Shown: piece after piece, positions 28,575 to 43,300 of the stretch
Layout of the letters: the number at the start of each line of letters is the position of its first letter
How positions within the stretch are numbered: position 1 is the first letter of the stretch
Made by a program: the position numbers and the translations under genes
NCBI GenBank assembly: GCA_964016885.1
Contig: OZ024762.1
Coordinates: 29,698,001 to 29,762,000, forward strand
Direction: 5' to 3'
DNA length: 64,000 nt
Source of the DNA: Eledone cirrhosa
Lineage: Eukaryota
The notes under the pieces: model-generated
What the model saw: the letters and a program-made list of their open reading frames with translations, nothing else
Told to the model about the DNA's origin: nothing
Database searches by the model: none

Positions 28575-29849
28575 CGGCTGGATGCCCTTCCTAACACCAA
28601 CCACATTTACATTGTAGACTGGGAGATTTTTAACGTGTTGCCTACACGGCCACATTACAGCGTGGACTGTCTGGCGGGTTTTCTACAGCTGCATGCCCTT
28701 CCTAACACCAACCACATTTACAGTGTGGACTGGGAGATTTTTACCGTGTTGCCTAAACGGCCACATTACAGCGTGGACTGTCTGGCGGGTTTTCTACGGC
28801 TGGATGCCCTTCCTAACACCAACCACATTTACAGTGTGGACTGGGAGGTTTTTACCGGGTTGCCTACACGGCCACATTACAGCGTGGACTGTCTGGTGGG
28901 TTTTCTACGGCTGGATGCCCTTCCTAACACCAACCACATTTACAGTGTGGACTGGGAGGTTTTTACCGTGTTGCCTACACGGCCACATTACAGCGTGGAC
29001 TGTCTGGCGGGTTTTCTACGGCTGGATGCCCTTCCTAACACCAACCACATTTAGTGTGGGGTTGCGTGGTTTTTACTGTGTTGCTTACACGGCCACATTA
29101 TAGCGTGGACTGTCTGGCGGGTTTTCTACGGCTGGATGCCCTTCCTAACACCAACCACATTTACAGTGTGGACTGGGAGGTTTTTACCGTGTTGCCTACA
29201 CGGCCACATTACAGCGTGGACTGTCTGGCGGGTTATCTACGGCTGGATGCCCTTCCTAACACCAACCACATTTACAGTGTGGACTGGGAGGTTTTTACCG
29301 TGTTGCCTACACGGCCACATTACAGCGTGGACTGTCTGGCGGGTTTTCTACGGCTGGATGCCCTTCCTAACACCAACCACATTTACAGTGTGGACTGGGA
29401 GGTTTTTACCGTGTTGCCTACACGGCCACATTACAGCGTGGACTGTCTGGCGGGTTTTCTACAGCTGGATGCCCTTCCTAACACCAACTACGCTTACAGT
29501 GTGGAACTGGGAGGTTTTTACCGTGTTGCCTACACGGCCACATTACAGCGTGGACTGTCTGGCGGGTTTTCTACGGCTGGATGCCCTTCCTAACACCAAC
29601 CACATTTACAGTGTGGACTGGGAGATTTTTACCGTGTTGCCTACACGGCCACATTACAGCGTGGACTGTCTGGCGGGTTTTCTACGGCTGGATGCCCTTC
29701 CTAACACCAACCACATTTACAGTGTGGACTGGGAGGTTTTTACCGTGTTGCCTACACGGCCACATTACAGCGTGGACTGTCTGGCGGGTTTTCTACGACT
29801 GGATGCCCTTCCTAACACCAACCACATTTACAGTGTGGACTGGGAGGTT

Positions 29850-32800
29850 TTTACCGTGTTGCCTACACGGCCACATTACAGCGTGGACTGTCTGGCGGGT
29901 TTTCTACGGCTGGATGCCCTTCCTAACACCAACCACATTTAGTGTGGGGTTGCGAGGTTTTTACTGTGTTGCTTACACGGCCACATTATAGCGTGGACTG
30001 TCTGGCGGGTTTTCTACGGCTGGATGCCCTTCCTAACACTAACCACATTTACAGTGTGGACTGGGAGGTTTTTACCGTGTTGCCTACACGGCCACATTAC
30101 AGCGTGGACTGTCTGGCGGGTTATCTACGGCTGGATGCCCTTCCTAACACCAACCACATTTACAGTGTGGACTGGGAGGTTTTTACCGTGTTGCCTACAC
30201 GGCCACATTACAGCGTGGACTGTCTGGCGGGTTTTCTACGGCTGGATGCCCTTCCTAACACCAACCACATTTACATTGTGGACTGGGAGATTTTTACCGT
30301 GTTGCCTACACGGCCACATTACAGCGTGGACTGACTGGCGGGTTTTCTACAGCTGGATGCTCTTCCTAACACCAACCACATTTACAGTGTGGACTGGGAG
30401 ATTTTTACCGTGTTGCCTACACGGCCACATTACAGCGTGGACTGTCTGGCGGGTTTTCTAGGGCTGGATGCCCTTCCTAACACCAACCACATTTACAGTG
30501 TGGGGCTGGGAGGTTTTTACTGTGTTGCCTACACAGCCACATTACAGCGTGGACTGTCTGGCGGGTTTTCTACAGCTGGATGCCCTTCCTAACACCAACT
30601 ACGTTTACAGTGTGGAACTGGGAGGTTTTTACCGTGTTGCCTACACGGCCACATTACAGCGTGGACTGTCTGGCGGGTTTTCTACGGCTGGATGCCCTTC
30701 CTAACACCAACCACATTTACAGTGTGGGCTGGGAGGTTTTTACCGTGTTGCCTACACGGCCACATTACAGTGTGGACTGTCTGGCGGGTTTTCTACAGCT
30801 GGATGCCCTTCCTAACACCAACCACATTTACAGTGTGGGCTGGGAGGTTTTTACCGTGTTGCCTACACGTCCACATTACAGTGTGGACTGTCTGGCGGGT
30901 TTTCTACAGCTGGATGCCCTTCCTAACACCAACTACGCTTACAGTGTGGAACTGGGATGTTTTTACCCGTGTTGCCTACACGGCCACATTACAGCGTGGA
31001 CTGTCTGGCGGGTTTTCTACAGCTGGATACCCTTCCTAACATCAACCACATTTACAGTGTGGACTGGGAGATTTTTACCGTGTTGCCTACACGGCCACAT
31101 TACAGCGTGGACTGTCTGGCGGGTTTTCTACGGCTGGATGCCCTTCCTAACACCAACCACATTTACAGTGTGGACTGGGAGGTTTTTACCGTGTTGCCTA
31201 CACGGCCACATTACAGCGTGGACTGTCTGGCGGGTTTTCTACAGCTGGATGCCCTTCCTAACACCAACCACATTTACAGTGTGGACTGGGAGGTTTTTAC
31301 CGTTTTGCCTACAAGGCCACATTACAGCGTGGACTGTCTGGCGGGTTTTCTACGGCTGGATGCCCTTCCTAACACCAACCACATTTACATTGTGGACTGG
31401 GAGATTTTTAACGTGATGCCTACACGGCCACATTACAGCGTGGACTGTCTGGCGGGTTTTCTACAGCTGGATGCCCTTCCTAACACCAACCACATTTACA
31501 GTGTGGACTGGGAGATTTTTACCGTGTTGCCTACACGGCCACATTACAGCGTGGACTGTCTGGCGGGTTTTCTACGGCTGGATGCCCTTCCTAACACCAA
31601 CCACATTTACAGTGTGGACTGGGAGGTTTTTACCGGGTTGCCTACACGGCCACATTACAGCGTGGACTGTCTGGCGGGTTATCTACGGCTGGATGCCCTT
31701 CCTAACACCAACCACATTTACAGTGTGTACTGGGAGGTTTTTACCGTGTTGCCTACACGGCCACATTACAGCGTGGACTGTCTGGCGGGTTTTCTACAGC
31801 TGGATGCCCTTCCTAACACCAACTACGCTTACAGTGTGGAACTGGGAGGTTTTTGCCGTGTTGCCTACACGGCCACATTACAGCGTGGACTGTCTGGCGG
31901 GTTTTCTACAGCTGGATGCTTTCCTAACACCAACCACATTTACAGTGTGGACTGGGAGATTTTTACCGTGTTGCCTACACGGCCACATTAGAGCGTGGAC
32001 TGTCTGGCGGGTTTTCTACGGCTGGATGCCCTTCCTAACACCAACCACATTTACAGTGTGGACTGGGACGTTTTTACCGTGTTGCCTACACGGCCACATT
32101 ACAGCGTGGACTGTCTGGCGGGTTTTCTACGGCTGGATGCCCTTCCTAACACCAACCACATTTAGTGTGGGGTTGCGAGGTTTTTACTGTGTTGCTTACA
32201 CGGCCACATTATAGCGTGGACTGTCTGGCGGGTTTTCTACGGCTGGATGCCCTTCCTAACACTAACCACATTTACAGTGTGGACTGGGAGGTTTTTACCG
32301 TGTTGCCTACACGGCCACATTACAGCGTGGACTGTCTGGCGGGTTATCTACGGCTGGATGCCCTTCCTAACACCAACCACATTTACAGTGTGGACTGGGA
32401 GGTTTTTACCGTGTTGCCTACACGGCCACATTACAGCGTGGACTGTCTGGCGGGTTTTCTACGGCTGGATGCCCTTCCTAACACCAACCACATTTACATT
32501 GCGGACTGGGAGATTTTTACCGTGTTGCCTACACGGCCACATTACAGCGTGGACTGACTGGCGGGTTTTCTACAGCTGGATGCTCTTCCTAACACCAACC
32601 ACATTTACAGTGTGGACTGGGAGATTTTTACCGTGTTGCCTACACGGCCACATTACAGCGTGGACTGTCTGGCGGGTTTTCTAGGGCTGGATGCCCTTCC
32701 TAACACCAACCACATTTACAGTGTGGGGCTGGGAGGTTTTTACTGTGTTGCCTACACAGCCACATTACAGCGTGGACTGTCTGGCGGGTTTTCTACAGCT

Positions 32801-34395
32801 GGATGCCCTTCCTAACACCAACTACGTTTACAGTGTGGAACTGGGAGGTTTTTACCGTGTTGCCTACACGGCCACATTACAGCGTGGACTGTCTGGCGGG
32901 TTTTCTACGGCTGGATGCCCTTCCTAACACCAACCACATTTACAGTGTGGGCTGGGAGGTTTTTACCGTGTTGCCTACACGGCCACATTACAGTGTGGAC
33001 TGTCTGGCGGGTTTTCTACAGCTGGATGCCCTTCCTAACACCAACCACATTTACAGTGTGGGCTGGGAGGTTTTTACCGTGTTGCCTACACGTCCACATT
33101 ACAGTGTGGACTGTCTGGCGGGTTTTCTACAGCTGGATGCCCTTCCTAACACCAACTACGCTTACAGTGTGGAACTGGGATGTTTTTACCCGTGTTGCCT
33201 ACACGGCCACATTACAGCGTGGACTGTCTGGCGGGTTTTCTACAGCTGGATACCCTTCCTAACATCAACCACATTTACAGTGTGGACTGGGAGATTTTTA
33301 CCGTGTTGCCTACACGGCCACATTACAGCGTGGACTGTCTGGCGGGTTTTCTACGGCTGGATGCCCTTCCTAACACCAACCACATTTACAGTGTGGACTG
33401 GGAGGTTTTTACCGTGTTGCCTACACGGCCACATTACAGCGTGGACTGTCTGGCGGGTTTTCTACAGCTGGATGCCCTTCCTAACACCAACCACATTTAC
33501 AGTGTGGACTGGGAGGTTTTTACCGTTTTGCCTACAAGGCCACATTACAGCGTGGACTGTCTGGCGGGTTTTCTACGGCTGGATGCCCTTCCTAACACCA
33601 ACCACATTTACATTGTGGACTGGGAGATTTTTAACGTGATGCCTACACGGCCACATTACAGCGTGGACTGTCTGGCGGGTTTTCTACAGCTGGATGCCCT
33701 TCCTAACACCAACCACATTTACAGTGTGGACTGGGAGATTTTTACCGTGTTGCCTACACGGCCACATTACAGCGTGGACTGTCTGGCGGGTTTTCTACGG
33801 CTGGATGCCCTTCCTAACACCAACCACATTTACAGTGTGGACTGGGAGGTTTTTACCGGGTTGCCTACACGGCCACATTACAGCGTGGACTGTCTGGCGG
33901 GTTATCTACGGCTGGATGCCCTTCCTAACACCAACCACATTTACAGTGTGTACTGGGAGGTTTTTACCGTGTTGCCTACACGGCCACATTACAGCGTGGA
34001 CTGTCTGGCGGGTTTTCTACAGCTGGATGCCCTTCCTAACACCAACTACGCTTACAGTGTGGAACTGGGAGGTTTTTGCCGTGTTGCCTACACGGCCACA
34101 TTACAGCGTGGACTGTCTGGCGGGTTTTCTACAGCTGGATGCTTTCCTAACACCAACCACATTTACAGTGTGGACTGGGAGATTTTTACCGTGTTGCCTA
34201 CACGGCCACATTACAGCGTGGACTGTCTGGCGGGTTTTCTACGGCTGGATGCCCTTCCTAACACCAACCACATTTACAGTGTGGACTGGGACGTTTTTAC
34301 CGTGTTGCCTACACGGCCACATTACAGCGTGGACTGTCTGGCGGGTTTTCTACGGCTGGATGCCCTTCCTAACACCAACCACATTTAGTGTGGGG
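29850..34395. repeat. 20-monomer (2223-bp) tandem duplication
   Basis: ORF pairs 29942/32165, 30580/32803 and 31471/33694. Private variants GGGATGTTTTTACCCG ~30954/33177, GTGTACTGG ~31725/33948 and TTTTGCCGT 31851/34074. Confidence 0.92.
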
Positions 34396-37300
34396 TTGCG
34401 TGGTTTTTACTGTGTTGCTTACACGGCCACATTATAGCGTGGACTGTCTGGCGGGTTTTCTACGGCTGGATGCCCTTCCTAACACCAACCACATTTACAG
34501 TGTGGACTGGGAGGTTTTTACCGTGTTGCCTACACGGCCACATTACAGCGTGGACTGTCTGGCGGGTTATCTACGGCTGGATGCAGTTCCTAACACCAAC
34601 CACATTTACAGTGTGGACTGGGAGGTTTTTACCGTGTTGCCTACACGGCCACATTACAGCGTGGACTCTCTGGCGGGTTTTCTACGGCTGGATGCTCTTC
34701 CTAACACCAACCACATTTACAGTGTGGACTGGGAGATTTTTACCGTGTTGCCTACACGGCCACATTACAGCGTGGACTGTCTGGCGGGTTTTCTACAGCT
34801 GGATGTCCTTCCTAACACCAACCACATTTACAGTGTGGGGCTGGGAGGTATTTACTCTGTTGCCTACACAGCCACATTACAGCGTGGACTGTCTGGCGGG
34901 TTTTCTACAGCTGGATGCCCTTCCTAACACCAACTACGCTTACAGTGTGGAACTGGGAGGTTTTTACCGTGTTGCCTACACGGCCACATTACAGCGTGGT
35001 CTGTCTGGCGGGTTTTCTACAGCTGGATGCCCTTCCTAACACCAACCACATTTACAGTGTGGACTGGGAGATTTTTACCGTGTTGCCTACACGGCCACAT
35101 TACAGCGTGGACTGTCTGGCGGGTTTTCTACGGCTGGATGCCCTTCCTAACACCAACCACATTTACAGTGTGGACTGTGAGGTTTTTACCGTGTTGCCTA
35201 CACGGCCACATTACAGCGTGGACTGTCTGGCGGGTTTTCTACAGCTGGATGCCCTTCCTAACACCAACCACATTTACAGTGTGGACTGGGAGATTTTTAC
35301 CGTGTTGCCTACACGGCCACATTACAGCGTGGACTGTCTGGCGGGTTATCTACGGCTGGATGCCCTTCCTAACACCAACCACATTTACAGTGTGGACTGG
35401 GAGGTTTTTACCGTGTTGCCTACACGGCCACATTACAGCGTGGACTGTCTGGCGGGTTTTCTACGGCTGGATGCCCTTCCTAACACCAACCACATTTACA
35501 GTGTGGACTGGGAGATTTTTACCGTGTTGCCTACACGGCCACATTACAGCGTGGACTGTCTGGCGGGTTTTCTACAGCTGGATGCCCTTCCTAACACCAA
35601 CCACATTTACAGTGTGGACTGGGAGATTTTTACCGTGTTGCCTACACGGCCACATTACAGCGTGGACTGTCTGGCGGGTTTTCTACGGCTGGATGCCCTT
35701 CCTAACACCAACCACATTTACAGTGTGGACTGGGAGGTTTTTACCGGGTTGCCTACACGGCCACATTACAGCGTGGACTGTCTGGCGGGTTATCTACGGC
35801 TGGATGCCCTTCCTAACACCAACCAAATTTACAGTGTGGACTGGGAGGTTTTTACCGTGTTGCCTACACGGCCACATTACAGCGTGGACTGTCTGGCGGG
35901 TTTTCTACAGCTGGATGCCCTTCCTAACACCAACTACGCTTACAGTGTGGAACTGGGAGGTTTTTACCGTGTTGCCTACACGGCCACATTACAGCGTGGA
36001 CTGTCTGGCGGGTTTTCTACAGCTGGATGCCCTTCCTAACACCAACCACATTTACAGTGTGGACTGGGAGATTTTTACCGTGTTGCCTACACGGCCACAT
36101 TACAGCGTGGACTGTCTGGCGGGTTTTCTACGGCTGGATGCCCTTCCTAACACCAACCACATTTACAGTGTGGACTGGGAGGTTTTTACCGTGTTGCCTA
36201 CACGGCCACATTACAGCGTGGACTGTCTGGCGGGTTTTCTACGGCTGGATGCCCTTCCTAACACCAACCACATTTAGTGTGGGGTTGCGTGGTTTTTACT
36301 GTGTTGCTTACACGGCCACATTATAGCGTGGACTGTCTGGCGGGTTTTCTACGGCTGGATGCCCTTCCTAACAACAACCACATTTACAGTGTGGACTGGG
36401 AGGTTTTTACCGTGTTGCCTACACGGGCACATTACAGCGTGGACTGTCTGGCGGGTTATCTACGGCTGGATGCAGTTCCTAACACCAACCACATTTACAG
36501 TGTGGACTGGGAGGTTTTTACCGTGTTGCCTACACGGCCACATTACAGCGTGGACTGTCTGGCGGGTTTTCTACGGCTGGATGCCCTTCCTAACACCAAC
36601 CACATTTACATTGTAGACTGGGAGATTTTTACCGTGTTGCCTACACGGCCACATTACAGCGTGGACTGACTGGCGGGTTTTCTACAGCTGGATGCTCTTC
36701 CTAACACCAACCACATTTACAGTGTGGACTGGGAGATTTTTACCGTGTTACCTACACGGCCACATTACAGCGTGGACTGTCTGGCGGGTTTTCTACGGCT
36801 GGATGTCCTTCCTAACACCAACCACATTTACAGTGTGGGGCTGGGAGGTTTTTACTCTGTTGCCTACACAGCCACATTACAGCGTGGACTGTCTGGCGGG
36901 TTTTCTACAGCTGGATGCCCTTCCTAACACCAACATCGGTTACAGTGTGGAACTGGGAGGTGTTTACCGTGTTGCCTACACGGCCACATTACAGCGTGGA
37001 CTGTCTGGCGGGTTTTCTACAGCTGGATGCTTTCCTAACACCAACCACATTTACAGTGTGGACTGGGAGATTTTTACCGTGTTGCCTACACGGCCACATT
37101 ACAGCGTGGACTGTCTGGCGGGTTTTCTACGGCTGGATGCCCTTCCTAACACCAACCACATTTACAGTGTGGACTGGGACGTTTTTACCGTGTTGCCTAC
37201 ACGGCCACATTACAGCGTGGACTGTCTGGCGGGTTTTCTACGGCTGGATGCCCTTCCTAACACCAACCACATTTAGTGTGGGGTTGCGTGGTTTTTACTG

Positions 37301-40300
37301 TGTTGCTTACACGGCCACATTATAGCGTGGACTGTCTGGCGGGTTTTCTACGGCTGGATGCCCTTCCTAACACCAACCACATTTACAGTGTGGACTGGGA
37401 GGTTTTTACCGTGTTGCCTACACGGCCACATTACAGCGTGGACTGTCTGGCGGGTTATCTACGGCTGGATGCAGTTCCTAACACCAACCACATTTACAGT
37501 GTGGACTGGGAGGTTTTTACCGTGTTGCCTACACGGCCACATTACAGCGTGGACTCTCTGGCGGGTTTTCTACGGCTGGATGCTCTTCCTAACACCAACC
37601 ACATTTACAGTGTGGACTGGGAGATTTTTACCGTGTTGCCTACACGGCCACATTACAGCGTGGACTGTCTGGCGGGTTTTCTACGGCTGGATGTCCTTCC
37701 TAACACCAACCACATTTACAGTGTGGGGCTGGGAGGTATTTACTCTGTTGCCTACACAGCCACATTACAGCGTGGACTGTCTGGCGGGTTTTCTACAGCT
37801 GGATGCCCTTCCTAACACCAACTACGCTTACAGTGTGGAACTGGGAGGTTTTTACCGTGTTGCCTACACGGCCACATTACAGCGTGGTCTGTCTGGCGGG
37901 TTTTCTACAGCTGGATGCCCTTCCTAACACCAACCACATTTACAGTGTGGACTGGGAGATTTTTACCGTGTTGCCTACACGGCCACATTACAGCGTGGAC
38001 TGTCTGGCGGGTTTTCTACGGCTGGATGCCCTTCCTAACACCAACCACATTTACAGTGTGGACTGTGAGGTTTTTACCGTGTTGCCTACACGGCCACATT
38101 ACAGCGTGGACTGTCTGGCGGGTTTTCTACAGCTGGATGCCCTTCCTAACACCAACCACATTTACAGTGTGGACTGGGAGATTTTTACCGTGTTGCCTAC
38201 ACGGCCACATTACAGCGTGGACTGTCTGGCGGGTTATCTACGGCTGGATGCCCTTCCTAACACCAACCACATTTACAGTGTGGACTGGGAGGTTTTTACC
38301 GTGTTGCCTACACGGCCACATTACAGCGTGGACTGTCTGGCGGGTTTTCTACGGCTGGATGCCCTTCCTAACACCAACCACATTTACAGTGTGGACTGGG
38401 AGATTTTTACCGTGTTGCCTACACGGCCACATTACAGCGTGGACTGTCTGGCGGGTTTTCTACAGCTGGATGCCCTTCCTAACACCAACCACATTTACAG
38501 TGTGGACTGGGAGATTTTTACCGTGTTGCCTACACGGCCACATTACAGCGTGGACTGTCTGGCGGGTTTTCTACGGCTGGATGCCCTTCCTAACACCAAC
38601 CACATTTACAGTGTGGACTGGGAGGTTTTTACCGGGTTGCCTACACGGCCACATTACAGCGTGGACTGTCTGGCGGGTTATCTACGGCTGGATGCCCTTC
38701 CTAACACCAACCACATTTACAGTGTGGACTGGGAGGTTTTTACCGTGTTGCCTACACGGCCACATTACAGCGTGGACTGTCTGGCGGGTTTTCTACAGCT
38801 GGATGCCCTTCCTAACACCAACTACGCTTACAGTGTGGAACTGGGAGGTTTTTACCGTGTTGCCTACACGGCCACATTACAGCGTGGACTGTCTGGCGGG
38901 TTTTCTACAGCTGGATGCCCTTCCTAACACCAACCACATTTACAGTGTGGACTGGGAGATTTTTACCGTGTTGCCTACACGGCCACATTACAGCGTGGAC
39001 TGTCTGGCGGGTTTTCTACGGCTGGATGCCCTTCCTAACACCAACCACATTTACAGTGTGGACTGGGAGGTTTTTACCGTGTTGCCTACACGGCCACATT
39101 ACAGCGTGGACTGTCTGGCGGGTTTTCTACGGCTGGATGCCCTTCCTAACACCAACCACATTTAGTGTGGGGTTGCGTGGTTTTTACTGTGTTGCTTACA
39201 CGGCCACATTATAGCGTGGACTGTCTGGCGGGTTTTCTACGGCTGGATGCCCTTCCTAACAACAACCACATTTACAGTGTGGACTGGGAGGTTTTTACCG
39301 TGTTGCCTACACGGGCACATTACAGCGTGGACTGTCTGGCGGGTTATCTACGGCTGGATGCAGTTCCTAACACCAACCACATTTATAGTGTGGACTGGGA
39401 GGTTTTTACCGTGTTGCCTACACGGCCACATTACAGCGTGGACTGTCTGGCGGGTTTTCTACGGCTGGATGCCCTTCCTAACACCAACCACATTTACATT
39501 GTAGACTGGGAGATTTTTACCGTGTTGCCTACACGGCCACATTACAGCGTGGACTGACTGGCGGGTTTTCTACAGCTGGATGCTCTTCCTAACACCAACC
39601 ACATTTACAGTGTGGACTGGGAGATTTTTACCGTGTTACCTACACGGCCACATTACAGCGTGGACTGTCTGGCGGGTTTTCTACGGCTGGATGTCCTTCC
39701 TAACACCAACCACATTTACAGTGTGGGGCTGGGAGGTTTTTACTCTGTTGCCTACACAGCCACATTACAGCGTGGACTGTCTGGCGGGTTTTCTACAGCT
39801 GGATGCCCTTCCTAACACCAACTACGTTTACAGTGTGGAACTGGGAGGTTTTTACCGTGTTGCCTACACGGCCACATTACAGCGTGGACTGTCTGGCGGG
39901 TTTTCTACGGCTGGATGCCCTCCCTAACACCAACCACATTTACAGTGTGGGCTGGGAGGTTTTTACCGTGTTGCCTACACGGCCACATTACAGTGTGGAC
40001 TGTCTGGCGGGTTTTCTACAGCTGGATGCCCTTCCTAACACCAACTACGCTTACAGTGTGGAACTGGGAGGTTTTTACCGTGTTGCCTACACGGCCACAT
40101 TACAGCGTGGACTGTCTGGCGGGTTTTCTACAGCTGGATGCCCTTCCTAACACCAACTACGTTTACAGTGTGGAACTGGGAGGTTTTTACCGTGTTGCCT
40201 ACACGGCCACATTACAGCGTGGACTGTCTGGCGGGTTTTCTACAGCTGGATGCCCTTCCTAACACCAACCACATTTACAGTGTGGACTGCGAGATTTTTA

Positions 40301-43300
40301 CCGTGTTGCCTACACGGCCACATTACAGCGTGGACTGTCTGGCGGGTTATCTACGGCTGGATGCCCTTCCTAACACCAACCACATTTACAGTGTGGACTG
40401 GGAGGTTTTTACCGTGTTGCCTACACGGCCACATTACAGCGTGGACTGTCTGGCGGGTTATCTACGGCTGGATGCCCTTCCTAACACCAACCACATTTAC
40501 AGTGTGGACTGGGAGGTTTTTACCGTGTTGCCTACACGGCCACATTACAGCGTGGACTGTCTGGCGGGTTTTCTACGGCTGGATGCCCTTCCTAACACCA
40601 ACCACATTTACAGTGTGGACTGGGAGATTTTTACCGTGTTGCCTACACGGCCACATTACAGCGTGGACTGTCTGGCGGGTTTTCTACAGCTGGATGCCCT
40701 TCCTAACACCAACCACATTTACAGTGTGGACTGGGAGATTTTTACCGTGTTGCCTACACGGCCACATTACAGCGTGGACTGTCTGGCGGGTTTTCTACGG
40801 CTGGATGCCCTTCCTAACACCAACCACATTTACAGTGTGGACTGGGAGGTTTTTACCGGGTTGCCTACACGGCCACATTACAGCGTGGACTGTCTGGCGG
40901 GTTATCTACGGCTGGATGCCCTTCCTAACACCAACCAAATTTACAGTGTGGACTGGGAGGTTTTTACCGTGTTGCCTACACGGCCACATTACAGCGTGGA
41001 CTGTCTGGCGGGTTTTCTACAGCTGGATGCCCTTCCTAACACCAACTACGCTTACAGTGTGGAACTGGGAGGTTTTTACCGTGTTGCCTACACGGCCACA
41101 TTACAGCGTGGACTGTCTGGCGGGTTTTCTACAGCTGGATGCCCTTCCTAACACCAACCACATTTACAGTGTGGACTGGGAGATTTTTACCGTGTTGCCT
41201 ACACGGCCACATTACAGCGTGGACTGTCTGGCGGGTTTTCTACGGCTGGATGCCCTTCCTAACACCAACCACATTTACAGTGTGGACTGGGAGGTTTTTA
41301 CCGTGTTGCCTACACGGCCACATTACAGCGTGGACTGTCTGGCGGGTTTTCTACGGCTGGATGCCCTTCCTAACACCAACCACATTTAGTGTGGGGTTGC
41401 GTGGTTTTTACTGTGTTGCTTACACGGCCACATTATAGCGTGGACTGTCTGGCGGGTTTTCTACGGCTGGATGCCCTTCCTAACAACAACCACATTTACA
41501 GTGTGGACTGGGAGGTTTTTACCGTGTTGCCTACACGGGCACATTACAGCGTGGACTGTCTGGCGGGTTATCTACGGCTGGATGCAGTTCCTAACACCAA
41601 CCACATTTACAGTGTGGACTGGGAGGTTTTTACCGTGTTGCCTACACGGCCACATTACAGCGTGGACTGTCTGGCGGGTTTTCTACGGCTGGATGCCCTT
41701 CCTAACACCAACCACATTTACATTGTAGACTGGGAGATTTTTACCGTGTTGCCTACACGGCCACATTACAGCGTGGACTGACTGGCGGGTTTTCTACAGC
41801 TGGATGCTCTTCCTAACACCAACCACATTTACAGTGTGGACTGGGAGATTTTTACCGTGTTACCTACACGGCCACATTACAGCGTGGACTGTCTGGCGGG
41901 TTTTCTACGGCTGGATGTCCTTCCTAACACCAACCACATTTACAGTGTGGGGCTGGGAGGTTTTTACTCTGTTGCCTACACAGCCACATTACAGCGTGGA
42001 CTGTCTGGCGGGTTTTCTACAGCTGGATGCCCTTCCTAACACCAACATCGGTTACAGTGTGGAACTGGGAGGTGTTTACCGTGTTGCCTACACGGCCACA
42101 TTACAGCGTGGACTGTCTGGCGGGTTTTCTACAGCTGGATGCTTTCCTAACACCAACCACATTTACAGTGTGGACTGGGAGATTTTTACCGTGTTGCCTA
42201 CACGGCCACATTACAGCGTGGACTGTCTGGCGGGTTTTCTACGGCTGGATGCCCTTCCTAACACCAACCACATTTACAGTGTGGACTGGGACGTTTTTAC
42301 CGTGTTGCCTACACGGCCACATTACAGCGTGGACTGTCTGGCGGGTTTTCTACGGCTGGATGCCCTTCCTAACACCAACCACATTTAGTGTGGGGTTGCG
42401 TGGTTTTTACTGTGTTGCTTACACGGCCACATTATAGCGTGGACTGTCTGGCGGGTTTTCTACGGCTGGATGCCCTTCCTAACACCAACCACATTTACAG
42501 TGTGGACTGGGAGGTTTTTACCGTGTTGCCTACACGGCCACATTACAGCGTGGACTGTCTGGCGGGTTATCTACGGCTGGATGCAGTTCCTAACACCAAC
42601 CACATTTACAGTGTGGACTGGGAGGTTTTTACCGTGTTGCCTACACGGCCACATTACAGCGTGGACTCTCTGGCGGGTTTTCTACGGCTGGATGCTCTTC
42701 CTAACACCAACCACATTTACAGTGTGGACTGGGAGATTTTTACCGTGTTGCCTACACGGCCACATTACAGCGTGGACTGTCTGGCGGGTTTTCTACGGCT
42801 GGATGTCCTTCCTAACACCAACCACATTTACAGTGTGGGGCTGGGAGGTATTTACTCTGTTGCCTACACAGCCACATTACAGCGTGGACTGTCTGGCGGG
42901 TTTTCTACAGCTGGATGCCCTTCCTAACACCAACTACGCTTACAGTGTGGAACTGGGAGGTTTTTACCGTGTTGCCTACACGGCCACATTACAGCGTGGT
43001 CTGTCTGGCGGGTTTTCTACAGCTGGATGCCCTTCCTAACACCAACCACATTTACAGTGTGGACTGGGAGATTTTTACCGTGTTGCCTACACGGCCACAT
43101 TACAGCGTGGACTGTCTGGCGGGTTTTCTACGGCTGGATGCCCTTCCTAACACCAACCACATTTACAGTGTGGACTGTGAGGTTTTTACCGTGTTGCCTA
43201 CACGGCCACATTACAGCGTGGACTGTCTGGCGGGTTTTCTACAGCTGGATGCCCTTCCTAACACCAACCACATTTACAGTGTGGACTGGGAGATTTTTAC

